A stretch of 64,000 nucleotides of DNA from Schmidtea nova (taxonomy: Eukaryota), in the NCBI GenBank assembly GCA_044892505.1, contig CM097882.1, positions 300,328,001 to 300,392,000 on the forward strand, given 5' to 3'. Every line of letters starts with the position of its first letter. The stretch's first letter is position 1. Both the position numbers and the translations under genes were made by a program. The notes under the pieces were generated by a model. It was not told the DNA's origin. It saw nothing but the letters and a program-made list of their open reading frames with translations, and ran no database searches. Below are positions 52,101-63,806 of this stretch, piece after piece.

Positions 52101-55100
52101 TTACAATTCATGTTCAAAATCAGATGTTGACAAATATGCACTGCTGCCGAATTTTGTATTACATATGATGCTACCAATAAGTATGATGTATTTTTAATCG
52201 CTTTTTTACATGCAATCAGACTCCTCTATAACGCGTTGAATTATTGGATCATTTTTGATTTCCGAAAAATTGTGAATGATATATAAATATTATTTGAACC
52301 CCTTCGACCACGTCAACCAGAATCCCATGTAATAATCAATAATATGTTACGAAAAATCAATTATTTTAATATTTCAACAATTTCATTGTCAAATGTCAAG
52401 TCGATTGATGTCTAATTTCAAACTTTTTGACATTTGTGGGGTTTGTTAATTTTTGGCTTTGAAAACCACTTTCAAAGGTCGATGTCTAAAGTTCTTTTGG
52501 TAAATTTTATTTGATTATTTACTGTATGTAATTGTTCCCTCGATTAAAAAGAAATTATGTAATTTGGCAACCGAAAGATAATTAAATCATGCTTTGTTTT
52601 CCAATTGTTAATTTGACGTAATTGATTATGCTTCGTATTTTAGCGCGGTTGTGAAATGGCATTCGTACATAGCCGGGCGATTGACGTGATCGCTCTCTGT
52701 TTGCTTCATCCGAATTATCAGTAAGAATTGAATATTTTTTATATACATCCATTTCTCGAAATTAATTTTAAAATTTTGAATTTTTGGATATTTATTTTTT
52801 TATGACTCATTTTATTTTGAATATTTGTTGGTAATTTTTCTGTTTCTGAGATGTAGAAATTATGTCACAATCTCGAGGCTATGCCAGATGTCTACTGAGA
52901 TTGTTAGTATGTATTGATTCCAGTTCGTGTGTTCATGACCGTGTGTATTATCAGATATTGACGGACGATGGCATCTATGANNNNNNNNNNNNNNNNNNNN
53001 NNNNNNNNNNNNNNNNNNNNNNNNNNNNNNNNNNNNNNNNNNNNNNNNNNNNNNNNNNNNNNNNNNNNNNNNNNNNNNNNNNNNNNNNNNNNNNNNNNNN
53101 NNNNNNNNNNNNNNNNNNNNNNNNNNNNNNNNNNNNNNNNNNNNNNNNNNNNNNNNNNNNNNNNNNNNNNNNNNNNNNNNNNNNNNNNNNNNNNNNNNNN
53201 NNNNNATTTTGCCGAAAATTTTCATCGAATTTTTTTTAATAAATGACTCATTTAAAGTTTAAATATAACTGACTTGGCAATATAAATAACAAATACTTAT
53301 CAACAATTAATGATTATTAGATTTTGATTAAAATAGTTTAAAATAGATAAATATTATTCAATCAATAACAGACATTTAAAATTGATTTTACACTTGATTT
53401 ATTGATTTTTTATGCTGATTTTGAAATAAATGCTATTCTTGGCTGGATATCAGAAATAATTCGTTTCTATTCCAGATGTTGAGTAATTATCATTAGCTTT
53501 TATGATTAATTAGTTTCACATGGAAAAATATTTAATATTTGATAACTTGATTATAGATGATTATAGATGATTATATAGATACATAAATGTAATTTAAATT
53601 TGTGTTCACCACATTAATGTAACTGGCTAAAGACTAATAAGTGACACGCAACTTTAAATGACTAAATTATTCGGCTCGTAAAAACTTGAACAATTTGAAA
53701 ACATTTATTTTTCAAAGTTATTATCTTTTAAGATGACCGTGTAATTATATTCATATTTAAATACTTTATTATCCAATTTTTATTATTAATGCTAAGAGTA
53801 AAAATTACATCATTTTTATCAAATGTCTCATAAGAATAACAAATTATTTAAACTATTTTTAATATACTCTTTTTGAATATNNNNNNNNNNNNNNNNNNNN
53901 NNNNNNNNNNNNNNNNNNNNNNNNNNNNNNNNNNNNNNNNNNNNNNNNNNNNNNNNNNNNNNNNNNNNNNNNNNNNNNNNNNNNNNNNNNNNNNNNNNNN
54001 NNNNNNNNNNNNNNNNNNNNNNNNNNNNNNNNNNNNNNNNNNNNNAATGCGAAATGAAATACATTTTTGAGTAATATGAACTCTTGAAATTATAGAACAC
54101 CTGAACACCATGGTCACATTTATGTGCTAATTCAATCGATTTGTTGTGTGGAATTCGCTTAAATTCATTTTTCTTTTGAACCAAATTGGAATAATATTGA
54201 TTTTTTAACAGTTTTCTTCTGTTATTGAGATCTTCGATTCGATTTATGTCGTTTAAATTTGTGGTAAATATTTTACATATTTTTCACTTTTTAATTGATC
54301 TACACGTGAACAGTAATTAATAATCATTGACTAAATAATTAAATTCATCGCGGCTCTGTTTGTCGGCTATTTAATGACTCCTTAGAAAAATCGATTTGAT
54401 CAGAATCGAAATTAAATAAAATTACCATATTTTATTGCTCATTCGAGAAAAGTTAGAAAAATTATTTATTCAGTAGAAATCTAGGTCCACTCGTGAATTT
54501 CGAATTTGAATTTGTACAGATCTGTTTAATTTATATTTGCCATTAGAATTCACCAGTGGATTTGCAATGTTCTCACGATAGACATTGCCATTCAGATCAA
54601 GTGATCGAATCATTTCTTTATGCTTAATGATAGTGGCATTTCGGAATCACGTTATCTCCATTGAAATTATTAAAAATTTTGAGACAAATTTTCTCATTGA
54701 TTTATATTTAAGATTTTCATTTTTGTGATTTGTTTTTTAAAAAATTAATATAAATCAAATCTATTTTAAACTTGCTTTTCCATAAAGTACTGATACAAAT
54801 TTCTGAATTTTTTTTAATCAATAGCTTATTTTTAAGAAATTTTACTGTATAATTTCATTACATTTTCAAAAATCTTTCGAGCGTGACAAGTATTTGATAA
54901 TTTATCAAAAACTTTGATAGTGATCATTAAATTTCTAATATTGCTAAAATTGCATTTTAAAAATTAATTTTCAACAAAACTTTATTTTTCAAACATATCT
55001 TAAACATTTCATAATTATTCATAAAATTTTAAACATTAAGAAAGATGATTAAAATTAAAGATCAAAAATTAAAGTTTTCTTTGTTAGAAGTAATAAAATT

Positions 55101-58100
55101 TATTGAGTTTCGAAATGTTTGTTATTTGGTGCACCCAAGGTGACCATATTCACAAATCGGTCTAACTACCCCGTTAAACAACATGTTCTATTCCAAAGAT
55201 AGAACTGAGATAAAGAAAATTCAGTAGAAAATGAGTCAATATTTGAAATAAAATCGAAATAAAACCAAGCTTACCTCTATGATGCATAATAATTTTCTAA
55301 AATATATTTTAGAGAAATTAATATTAAATTAACGTTGACTGTCATACGTATTAAACATGTCTTTTCGGAGTACAAAATGTAATTTTTTTCATTCTTTAAA
55401 TTTTTTTAGTCTATTCGTTTTAATTATTCTAAAGACTATAGCAGGCACGGTCACAAATTACCACAACAAAACCGTTGGGAAAACAAGCATCTCTCACAGG
55501 TGATGTGACCGGCGTAATAATCATCGTGTTAAAAAATTTTAATTATTTGTTAAATTACTTTGAAAAATTACTATTATAATATAATAAAAACTTAATCAAT
55601 ATATTAAATGCACCTAATTCTGTTTTTACACGAATTTGATTTAACACGAATTAAAAAGAATTTTTTTTCTCTTTTTACACGAATTGCTTTGTTTTAACGC
55701 GATTTTCAATATCTTTTCAATACTAATTTTCCATTCAGCCAATATCTTTTTTTACACGAATTTTTTAGGAACGTATCTATCGTGTAAAAACAGAATTAGG
55801 TGCACAACTTTTTTTACCTAATACAATACAAATCTGAGTAATAGTCTTGTAGCGCGACCACTAACTAGATATTCAATATAAAAATAGTATTAAGAGTTTT
55901 GTTCAACATCCTATTTCTGTTCAATCGGAATTTCCGTAGACAAGACAGGAATCGGAATATATCTGTTACTCGAGATAGTTCCTCTCAAAGTCTGGTAGTC
56001 CAAGATGCTCCTTACTTTTGCAAATGATGTGATAAAAATTATTTTTACTAGACTCTACTTAGAATATTGAATTCCTTCAAGAAACATAACATTATTTTTC
56101 TTATCACCGTTTTATCAAACATGTTGCAATTAGGAATATTTATCATGCCCACAAAACGTCAGTAATTATTTGTTTGAAAATAAATTAGAAATATATTTTA
56201 GAAATATATACTTATTAGCATTAAAATAGAAAATTTTTACTTGACTGTGAATAATTTAGAATTCCTTAAGAATTTTTCTTATTACTTCAAAGTATTGAGA
56301 AAAGAACGGAAGGTTATTACAATGAAATTTGCTTTAAGTTTGATGGGGGGTCTTTATGAATTGGAATTTGTATATAACATGTACCCGATCAGATTACTGA
56401 TAACAAATATCAATATGACTAATTGCCTTTGAAAATTTTGTCAAAAATTGCAATTTGTTGCGTGGTTCAAAGAATGTTCAGACGGCTTTAATTTGCACCA
56501 TTATCATTCCAATTCTAACTCGCATTCTAATAATCATAGCAATAATTATAGACATTGTCATTTATATTTTATTTCAACACACTGCTTACAAACAATTTTA
56601 GAAGAAAAAATTTTATCTCGTTCTCCTAATTTGACCCAAAACTAAACGCTGTTTGATCTTTACCAGATCTTCTTTTTCAAAAAAAATTGTTAAAAAAATG
56701 CAAATTATTATCATTAATTGACAACTGTATCAATTGTTTAGCTGAAAAAAATCCTTTGATTTTTCCCGATATATTTACTGAATACCAAATGCATTTCTAA
56801 TATTCCATATAAGAAAGTGGATGAAACCCAATTTGTAGACAAATGAAAGTGATCCATCAGTATTTCAATGACTTGCATCTGATCTCCAAGTGTTTTCGAT
56901 AATTCCATTTTTTTCAGATTTTTCTCAAATTTTGTCATCTTACTTTCTCAATGAATGGATTTGCGATGTCCATTGCCTAATTGGGAAACAAATTATTAAT
57001 AAACAATTAAATATGATTTATTTGGTTCTCCGTTGGTCAGCAATTGTTATTATTATCAATTTTAATTATCAGACTTTGATGAATATTTTTATTTATTTAG
57101 CAACAATTTTCGGCAGTCTTTTTCTAGTGTTATTTACCTTAAAAAAGCAAAATTATTTTATTTGATATTTTAAAACAACTTTATTGAATGATTTTTAAGA
57201 GACAAAAAATACACCAAAAAGATAGAAAAAACGCTGTAATTTATGTGAACTGAATGTTAATGGAAGAATTGTGTTTTTTTGTAGAAAGATGTTTCGAGGG
57301 ACATCTTAAAGACGGTTTTAAACCATTTTTGCAAGAGTTGTCATTTTGTTTTGTGAATTAATGGAATAATTTTTGCGTTATCTGATGTTCAAAAAGTTTT
57401 AAGCTGTGCAGCGCCGTGCTGTAACTTTTGGGGGCCCTGTGCAGAAACTAAAAAATTTTTTTTTTTAATTTGAATTAATTTTTTATTGATTTTATTTAAA
57501 AAAATAATACAAAGCAATTATAAAGTAATTTTTCTAGCTTTTTTGCTGGCAAATTCATTAATTATATCATTGTAATCAATTGCTCTGGCTGTTGCATTTC
57601 CAATCGTCAGTATTGCCAATCCAGGAAGTCTTTCCTGTGACATTGTAGACCGTAGATAATTTTCAATTAATTTTAGTTTTGAAAACGACCGTTCACAATG
57701 AGCAAAGGTAAAATGGGAACTGTTAAAATTATTCGATATATGATACATACATTTGGATCTAATTCTTACAAACTTCTTTCTAAAATGTATTCCGAATTCT
57801 CCATAATAGTATAATTATCTTCTAAAACATATTTTTGCTAATGGAGAAGTTTTTCCAATGTATTTAATATTTGAGGGCCCCTCAAAAATAGGGGGCCGAG
57901 TGCCATTGCACTTGTTGCACTTGCGATAGTACGGCGCTGAAGCTGTGACTTTACAAATATGACTTTTAGCAAATAAATACAAATAATCCTAGTAAATAAG
58001 TCTTAGTGTTCTCTATTGTATGAGTTTTTATTAGCAATTAATAAAGCCGTTTATTTTGAAAGTGAAAAAATTGAACATTTGTGCTTTCATACTATGAAAA

Positions 58101-60978
58101 CCATCTATAAAAATTTGTCAAAAGTGTTTGTATTTATGATATTACCACACCTAATATTTTTCTCTTGACTGATATGAAAGTAAACTATTGTTTTAAGCAA
58201 ATTTTAATTTAAAAAAATGACTTATTTCAATGTCAAAATAAAAGGCTCAATTGACGTCAGGTGTCTATTCTATAATCCAAGGTAAGTTAAAACTTTCAAA
58301 AAAACTTAACTTATAAAAACTTATAATTTTCATAATTATGTTGGGTTATTAGCGAATAGTCGGTTGGTATCTGACTCTTGTGTTCTTTATTTGACAATAA
58401 TGAATTAAGACCAACACAATAATCTTTATTTTTCAATTTTTCAAACACAATTTCGATTTTACAAAGTTAGAAACTGTTGTCTGCACTCTTCTTGCGTTAG
58501 GGTAGGTGTCCCAATCGGAAATCGCCCTTATTTTACGCAGGAAAATTGATTAAATCGTCATTCTAACCTTCCGTTCTCGTTTAAGCTTTCTTGCTGTCGT
58601 TTTTTATTACCGTATTTTTTGTCGTATAAGTCGCTACTAAAAATACAAGTGCGACTAATATAAAGAAGCGACTTATATGATAATTTTTATTTTTTTTCTA
58701 ACCAAACCAACAAATGTCCAGCCAAATTTCCAGAAGAAATAACAAATAATGATTTTTTAGAAAAAATCGAAAAATTAGGTTGGTGCGACTAATACCCAGG
58801 AAAATACGGTAAATGTTTGCTTCGATCAAACTGGCAACATCGACAAATTGCTTTCATTTTATATAGTGACTTCATCACTTCAGCCTGTCGCTTTTTGATA
58901 ATTGCTTTTGAGGTTTTTTACACAAAATAATCAAATTATTTTATTGCTGGGCTTTGCCGCTGGGTTTAATTTGTTTTTGACAAATAAATAAATTAGATAA
59001 TAAATTATTTATTAATTTTTATTTTTCGAATATCTTTTTCTGGGGAGATCCTTTTTTAATTTTATTTAAACATATTTGAATTCGTCTCATCATTTGGTAT
59101 CCTCCCATACCAGTTTCCCCCTTTAAATCTTTATTTTTAATTTTTGTAAATTTTAATTTATATTTGCACTTTAATTAGTATTTTTCCAATTCTGTATTTT
59201 TATAGATTTACACATAGCTTTTGTGCTTTTAATTTAATTTACTGTTTATTTTACAGAACCCCAACAATTGTATGGCTATAGATACAAATTTCGGTTGTCA
59301 AGTACACAATATTTTGGTACAGCCTTTATCAAGTGTGTATTTCAAGTGCAAACAGGACCGCCTCAAAGGTCGTAACTTCAGGAATTTTTCCCGAGGCCCC
59401 GCGCTTTCATATTCAAACAATTATTAGTAGCTAATCAAATTTTTGACACCGAGTGCAACGTTTTTTTACAAGTCGGATGTTAACTCAGGTCTTTCCTTGC
59501 ATTTTCAATATCGATGAATTGTAATATCTTGACTATAATACGCACTTTTTTCACATTTTAGTTAGCAAAGATAAGGGTGCGTATTATACTCGTATACCAG
59601 TATACGAAATAGGAATAAAAAATATTATGTTTATGTATGTATATTATTGTATATATTGCAGAAATAAATATTTCATTAAATGAATTGATAAAATTATGTT
59701 CATGTATCATTTCTTCTTTTTTGGGAAGGGACCCCACATATAATATTTTCCCGAGGCACCGCGAAACCCACAGCCGGCCCTGAGTGCAAATACACAATTG
59801 ATAAAGGATGTGCCGATTAACAACCAAAAAACCCAAAAAAAAACTTTTTGATCTTTAGTTATACAATTATGAAATTATTAATATAAATAAAAAGAGATCA
59901 ATGGTGAAACCAAAATATAATTATGTTAATTCTTAATTATTAGATTTTTACAATACCTCCTAATTTGCGATATAAATCTTCTAATTTCCTAATTTCTTTC
60001 AGAACCAAAACTCTAGTATTGGAGACATTAGCTGCAATCTGTTTGATTGTAAATGGTTTGCCGAAGGTTTTGTTGGCATTCGATTACTTTAAGGAGATCA
60101 CAGGCGAAATCCGAAGATTTGATACCTTAATAACTTATTTTCGTGATCACGAAACCTTTAAAGTTGACGATTATAATATCGATTTCATGGTAAGTAACTT
60201 GTAGGATATTCACATAACAACTCTACTTTCAGGTATCTTGTACACAATTCATAAATATAGTTGTACATTCCGGAGAAGACATCAATTTGAGAGTTTTTTT
60301 GCAACAAGAATTCACAATTTTAGGTTTGGATGACTTTTATAGAGTACTTTTTATCTATTTTAAGTTAAATTATTTAATTCTATTTATTAGAAACTTCAAG
60401 AACGATCTGGTGATCGTCTTAAAAAGCAAGTAGAGGCCTATAATGGGAATCGAGTAGACGTAGCCATTCTACTCGAAGACTCGGAGGCCAAAGAATCCAT
60501 CATGTTAGACTATGAAAAGTTGGAGCTTGAATTTTACGGTAACGAAGAGAAATATCAAACTCAAATTGTACACTTAGAGAATGAAAAAACAGAACTTTTA
60601 CAGATTATCGATAGTCTAAAAGTAGTTTTTGATTTTAACCAATTTTAACGTTTATTTATTAATTTTAGGCTCAGAAAGAAGAACAAGAAAAAGAATATAG
60701 AACATTGAGAGAACACATTTCACAACCAACTAATTCTACAGATAGAGAAAAAGAACTTGTACTGGAAATCGATTCATTGAAAAAAGTCCTAATTGAGAAA
60801 AATATTCCATTTAATAGCCCCATTGTGACTGCACCTTTGCCAATAGCTTCCATTCCCCCTCCACCGCCGCCAATAGCTCCACCTCCGCCAATGGCACCAC
60901 CGCCGTCTTGTGTGCCCCCTCCCCCAGGTCAGCCTCCTGGTGTTTTTAAATTGGGCACTGGTGCTACTAACACTCAGA
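49116..60978 (+). CDS. FMNL: Formin-like protein (FMNL/FRL class): GBD/FH3, coiled coil, FH1; FH2 beyond the window
   Basis: Eleven frame-consistent GT-AG exons: 49116-49316, 49368-49528, 49576-49656, 49745-49786, 49881-49949, 50072-50264, 52644-52720, 60003-60189, 60233-60343, 60391-60621, 60669-60978. Motifs [57 protein letters not shown], poly-Pro. Confidence 0.93.
50605..50670 (+). mobile_element. Possible Merlin/IS1016-like transposase remnant
   Basis: [17 protein letters not shown] resembles the PGSxIxSDxW motif; very short. Confidence 0.35.
55609..55804. mobile_element. MITE with 25-bp perfect TIRs
   Basis: TGCACCTAATTCTGTTTTTACACGA and its reverse complement, with internal TACACGAATT repeats. 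Superfamily unclear: the terminal TGCA may be a TSD. Confidence 0.8.
57410..57939 (-). mobile_element. Internally deleted hAT element, 530 bp
   Basis: TIR CAGCGCCGT(G/A)CT, perfect 8-bp TSD AAGCTGTG, and remnant [24 protein letters not shown] (57518-57748). Confidence 0.95.
58339..59276. mobile_element. Solo LTR (family LTR2)
   Basis: TGTTGGGTT...AACCCCAACA with 4-bp TSD atta/attg; homologues elsewhere in the window. Confidence 0.7.
58610..58809. mobile_element. Tc2/pogo-like MITE inside the LTR
   Basis: TA|CCGTATTTT...AAAATACGG|TA with repeated GCGACT(A/T)ATA motifs. Confidence 0.85.
59277..59866. mobile_element. Older palindromic mini-PLE-B split at its centre by a hAT MITE
   Basis: Left arm acacaatattttggtacagcctttatcaagtgtgtatttc; right arm aaatacacaattgataaaggatgtgccga...tttgatctttagttata. 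Confidence 0.75.
59353..59782. mobile_element. hAT MITE
   Basis: CAGGACCGCC / GCCGGCCCTG ends and perfect 8-bp TSD AGTGCAAA. Confidence 0.9.
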
Positions 60979-61215
60979 GTTTGTTTTTAATTTTACTATC
61001 ATTTTAATTTTATTNNNNNNNNNNNNNNNNNNNNNNNNNNNNNNNNNNNNNNNNNNNNNNNNNNNNNNNNNNNNNNNNNNNNNNNNNNNNNNNNNNNNNN
61101 NNNNNNNNNNNNNNNNNNNNNNNNNNNNNNNNNNNNNNNNNNNNNNNNNNNNNNNNNNNNNNNNNNNNNNNNNNNNNNNNNNNNNNNNNACTATAGATCA
61201 AATTTTTTTATAAAC

Positions 61216-61257
61216 AATAACACAATATTTCGGCACAGCCTTTATCAAGTGTGTATT
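61216..61257 (-). ncRNA. U3-A8 hammerhead-like motif (family B)
   Basis: Identical to 18704-18745. Confidence 0.6.
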
Positions 61258-61346
61258 TCTATCGTTATATTTACTTAATCCTAAATAGTAGCCTTAATTA
61301 TATTTTTAATATTTTATAATGATTTTATTGGATGAAAAAATTTATT

Positions 61347-63806
61347 TTAATTTTTTTGTGCGAATTGAATGTTGATGGACGGTTTGTATTTTTTTATGAA
61401 AAAAGTCTCGGAAGCTAATCTTTGTAATGAATTTTTGAATCCCTCTTGTAGAATCTGGCATTTTGTTTCTTCTATAGATGGAGTTGTTTTATGTACTTTC
61501 TCCCAGTGTTCGTAATAATTACTGGTTTTGATTTTAGTGTGTTCATTAAGTCGGGTGCGAAAAGTTCTATGTGTTTCTCCTATGTAAGTAGCGTCACATT
61601 TTTGGCAAGAAAGTTTATATACTATATTTTTGGAAAAGCAAAAGCATCGGGTTGTGGAACGGCAAAGACATTTATGTTTGGAGATGTTGGAAATTGGTGG
61701 CTTTCGGAGTTGTGATTTTAACGGTGCGGAGGTTATGAACGTTGGACGGATGTGGATAGGCAAATCTGTTTGATTAAAAATGTTGGTGATTTTGTTGGCT
61801 GTAGTGTCATTTAGGAAAGGTAATCTTAGATATGTTGTGTGTTTGTTATTGTTATTGTGTTTCTGGCGTTTTCTATTGTTGCGTTTATTGTGGTATGGTT
61901 CGTTAAGAAAGTGTTTCTTTACAAAGTCTTCAGGGTATCCATTTTGGAGGAATCGTATTTTGAAGTTTTCTAATGTTTCTTGTATTTTGTTTGCGTCTGA
62001 ACAGTTTCTTATGGCTCTTTTTCTTTCTCCTATTAGTAATGCGATTTTGCGTTGAAGTGGAACGTGGCTTTTCCATGGGAGGATATGACCGCTATGTAAA
62101 CTTTTAGAATATAGCTCGGTGTTTGCATTTAGTGTATCTTGGCCTTTTGTAAAACTTACCATGGTATCTAAAAACGGTATTTTACCTTCTGTGTTCGGTG
62201 TTTCAAAAGTGAATTGTATGTTGGTGTTAGTAGAATTTGCGTGTGATAGGATTTGATTGAGAGGGATTGTGGAGATTATGAAGATGTCGTCGATGTATCG
62301 TTTCCAGAAAAGTATTTTTTCCGCAAAAAAAGACATGATCTTAGATTCTATAAAGTTCATGTAGAAGATGGCTAAGATGGGAGAAAGGTTATTACCCATG
62401 GCTAATCCATGAATTTGTTTGAATGGTTTTTCTTTAATTATGACAGTATCTGAATTTATTGCTAATTTTAGAAGTTCTATAAAGTCTTGTTTAGTTAAGT
62501 CTGCGAGGTCAGTGTTGGATTTATGAGTTTCAAAGAAAGAAGCTGCGATATCGAAAATGTTATTGTCTCCGTGAAGAGGAATAGATCCGTAAAGATTGGA
62601 AACATCAAGAGATCCCCAGAAGTACTGTTGTCCTGCGTTTAGCGGAAGAGACGTATTTGTAATTTCGGAGACGAATTCAGTTGTGTTTTTAAGATGAGAA
62701 GGAACCAAAGGCAAAAGTGTTTTTAGGATTTCTGAAAGAACTTTAGAAAGTGTTGTAGAAGGAGTGTCAACTGCGGATACAAGAGGTCTGCCTTTTAAAG
62801 GACTTTTGTGGTCTATAGGTAACATAGTCATATAACTAGGTAAGGGCTCACTACAGTTGCATTTTAAAAGTAAATCTTTGATTTGAAGGTTGATTTGTTT
62901 ATTTGCAAGTGTTGACAGTTTCTTATTGTATAAAATCTGAGTCGATGCAGGTAAGATTATTTTGTTTATCGGTTCATAGTTCGAGAGATGTTCTTCAAAT
63001 AGAGTATTGTATTGTTCTGTGTCAAGGGCAATTAGTCGATTTGTTTTATCTGATGGAAGAATTGTGAAGTCTTTGGAATTCTTAATTTTCTTTATGTTTG
63101 AAGTGAAAGAATTTTGTGTTGAGCAATGTTTTTCAAGAAAGATAATTTGTTCTCTGACTAAAGTTTTGACTTTAGTTTCTAAACAGCTGATTTTTTCTTC
63201 AAGTTCAGTTGAAAAGACAGGCATATTTGGATATGTTCTACGATTTGGATCCAGAAGATGATTGTGCTTTTCAGCTAAACTTGAAGATTTGGTGGATGAA
63301 ATTGGTTTTAGATGGTAACCTATTTGTCTTCTTAGGCTTATAAGAGAGGCGTTAGTGATGACTTCGGCTTTTTCTAAATCTTTCTGGTTAGGTGGAGGAA
63401 CAAAAGATGGTCCTAGAGCGAGGATATTTTCTTGTGTTTTGGAAAAAATGTGATTAGATTTGTTTGTAAAAGGAAGAATTGAATTTGAGTGTGAGTTAGT
63501 GTCTTTAGTGTTGTTTGAATTTGTTGAAAGTAGCGTTTCTAATTTTTTATGCTTGCGAATGTCGAGATTTTTGGAGAAATTCTGGCAACAAGTATTATCT
63601 TCACAAGTGAGAGGAGCACAAGGAAAACTAGTAAATTCATTTAGCTTTTTGTAACACGCTGAAATGCTAAGTTTAAGCCATTCTTTTTCCTGTTTTTCCT
63701 TAAGCTTCAATGCTTGTGAAGATGGATAGGTTGATTCAAGTTTGTTGGTAACAGTCACGGAGAGAATAACATTTTCGATATCGCAGCTTCTTTCTTTGAA
63801 ACTCAT
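61347..63806 (-). CDS. PLE polyprotein, 819 aa: N-terminal domain, RT, GIY-YIG (first 17 aa from the antisense of the inverted arm)
   Basis: KHKKLETL, ILALGPSFVP, SDKTNRLIALD, all RT motifs and GIY-YIG; about 10 aa differences from the 18840-20513 copy; no stops. Confidence 0.93.
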   Translation of the reverse strand: MSFKERSCDIENVILSVTVTNKLESTYPSSQALKLKEKQEKEWLKLSISACYKKLNEFTSFPCAPLTCEDNTCCQNFSKNLDIRKHKKLETLLSTNSNNTKDTNSHSNSILPFTNKSNHIFSKTQENILALGPSFVPPPNQKDLEKAEVITNASLISLRRQIGYHLKPISSTKSSSLAEKHNHLLDPNRRTYPNMPVFSTELEEKISCLETKVKTLVREQIIFLEKHCSTQNSFTSNIKKIKNSKDFTILPSDKTNRLIALDTEQYNTLFEEHLSNYEPINKIILPASTQILYNKKLSTLANKQINLQIKDLLLKCNCSEPLPSYMTMLPIDHKSPLKGRPLVSAVDTPSTTLSKVLSEILKTLLPLVPSHLKNTTEFVSEITNTSLPLNAGQQYFWGSLDVSNLYGSIPLHGDNNIFDIAASFFETHKSNTDLADLTKQDFIELLKLAINSDTVIIKEKPFKQIHGLAMGNNLSPILAIFYMNFIESKIMSFFAEKILFWKRYIDDIFIISTIPLNQILSHANSTNTNIQFTFETPNTEGKIPFLDTMVSFTKGQDTLNANTELYSKSLHSGHILPWKSHVPLQRKIALLIGERKRAIRNCSDANKIQETLENFKIRFLQNGYPEDFVKKHFLNEPYHNKRNNRKRQKHNNNNKHTTYLRLPFLNDTTANKITNIFNQTDLPIHIRPTFITSAPLKSQLRKPPISNISKHKCLCRSTTRCFCFSKNIVYKLSCQKCDATYIGETHRTFRTRLNEHTKIKTSNYYEHWEKVHKTTPSIEETKCQILQEGFKNSLQRLASETFFIKKYKPSINIQFAQKN

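Larger units (their letters stand above)
11376..61189. other. Eight assembly gaps: 11376-11534, 12587-12831, 18478-18627, 21096-21265, 24013-24166, 52981-53205, 53881-54045, 61015-61189
   Basis: Runs of N. Confidence 1.

Noticed and set aside
11256-61201. ORFs containing X runs
   Set aside because: They are artefacts of reading through N-gaps.
18984-63654. Short ORFs antisense to the PLE, mariner, Tc1 and Gypsy coding regions (for example 18984-19208, 19273-19548, 61491-62055, 63007-63654)
   Set aside because: Shadow frames of real coding sequence, without recognisable motifs.
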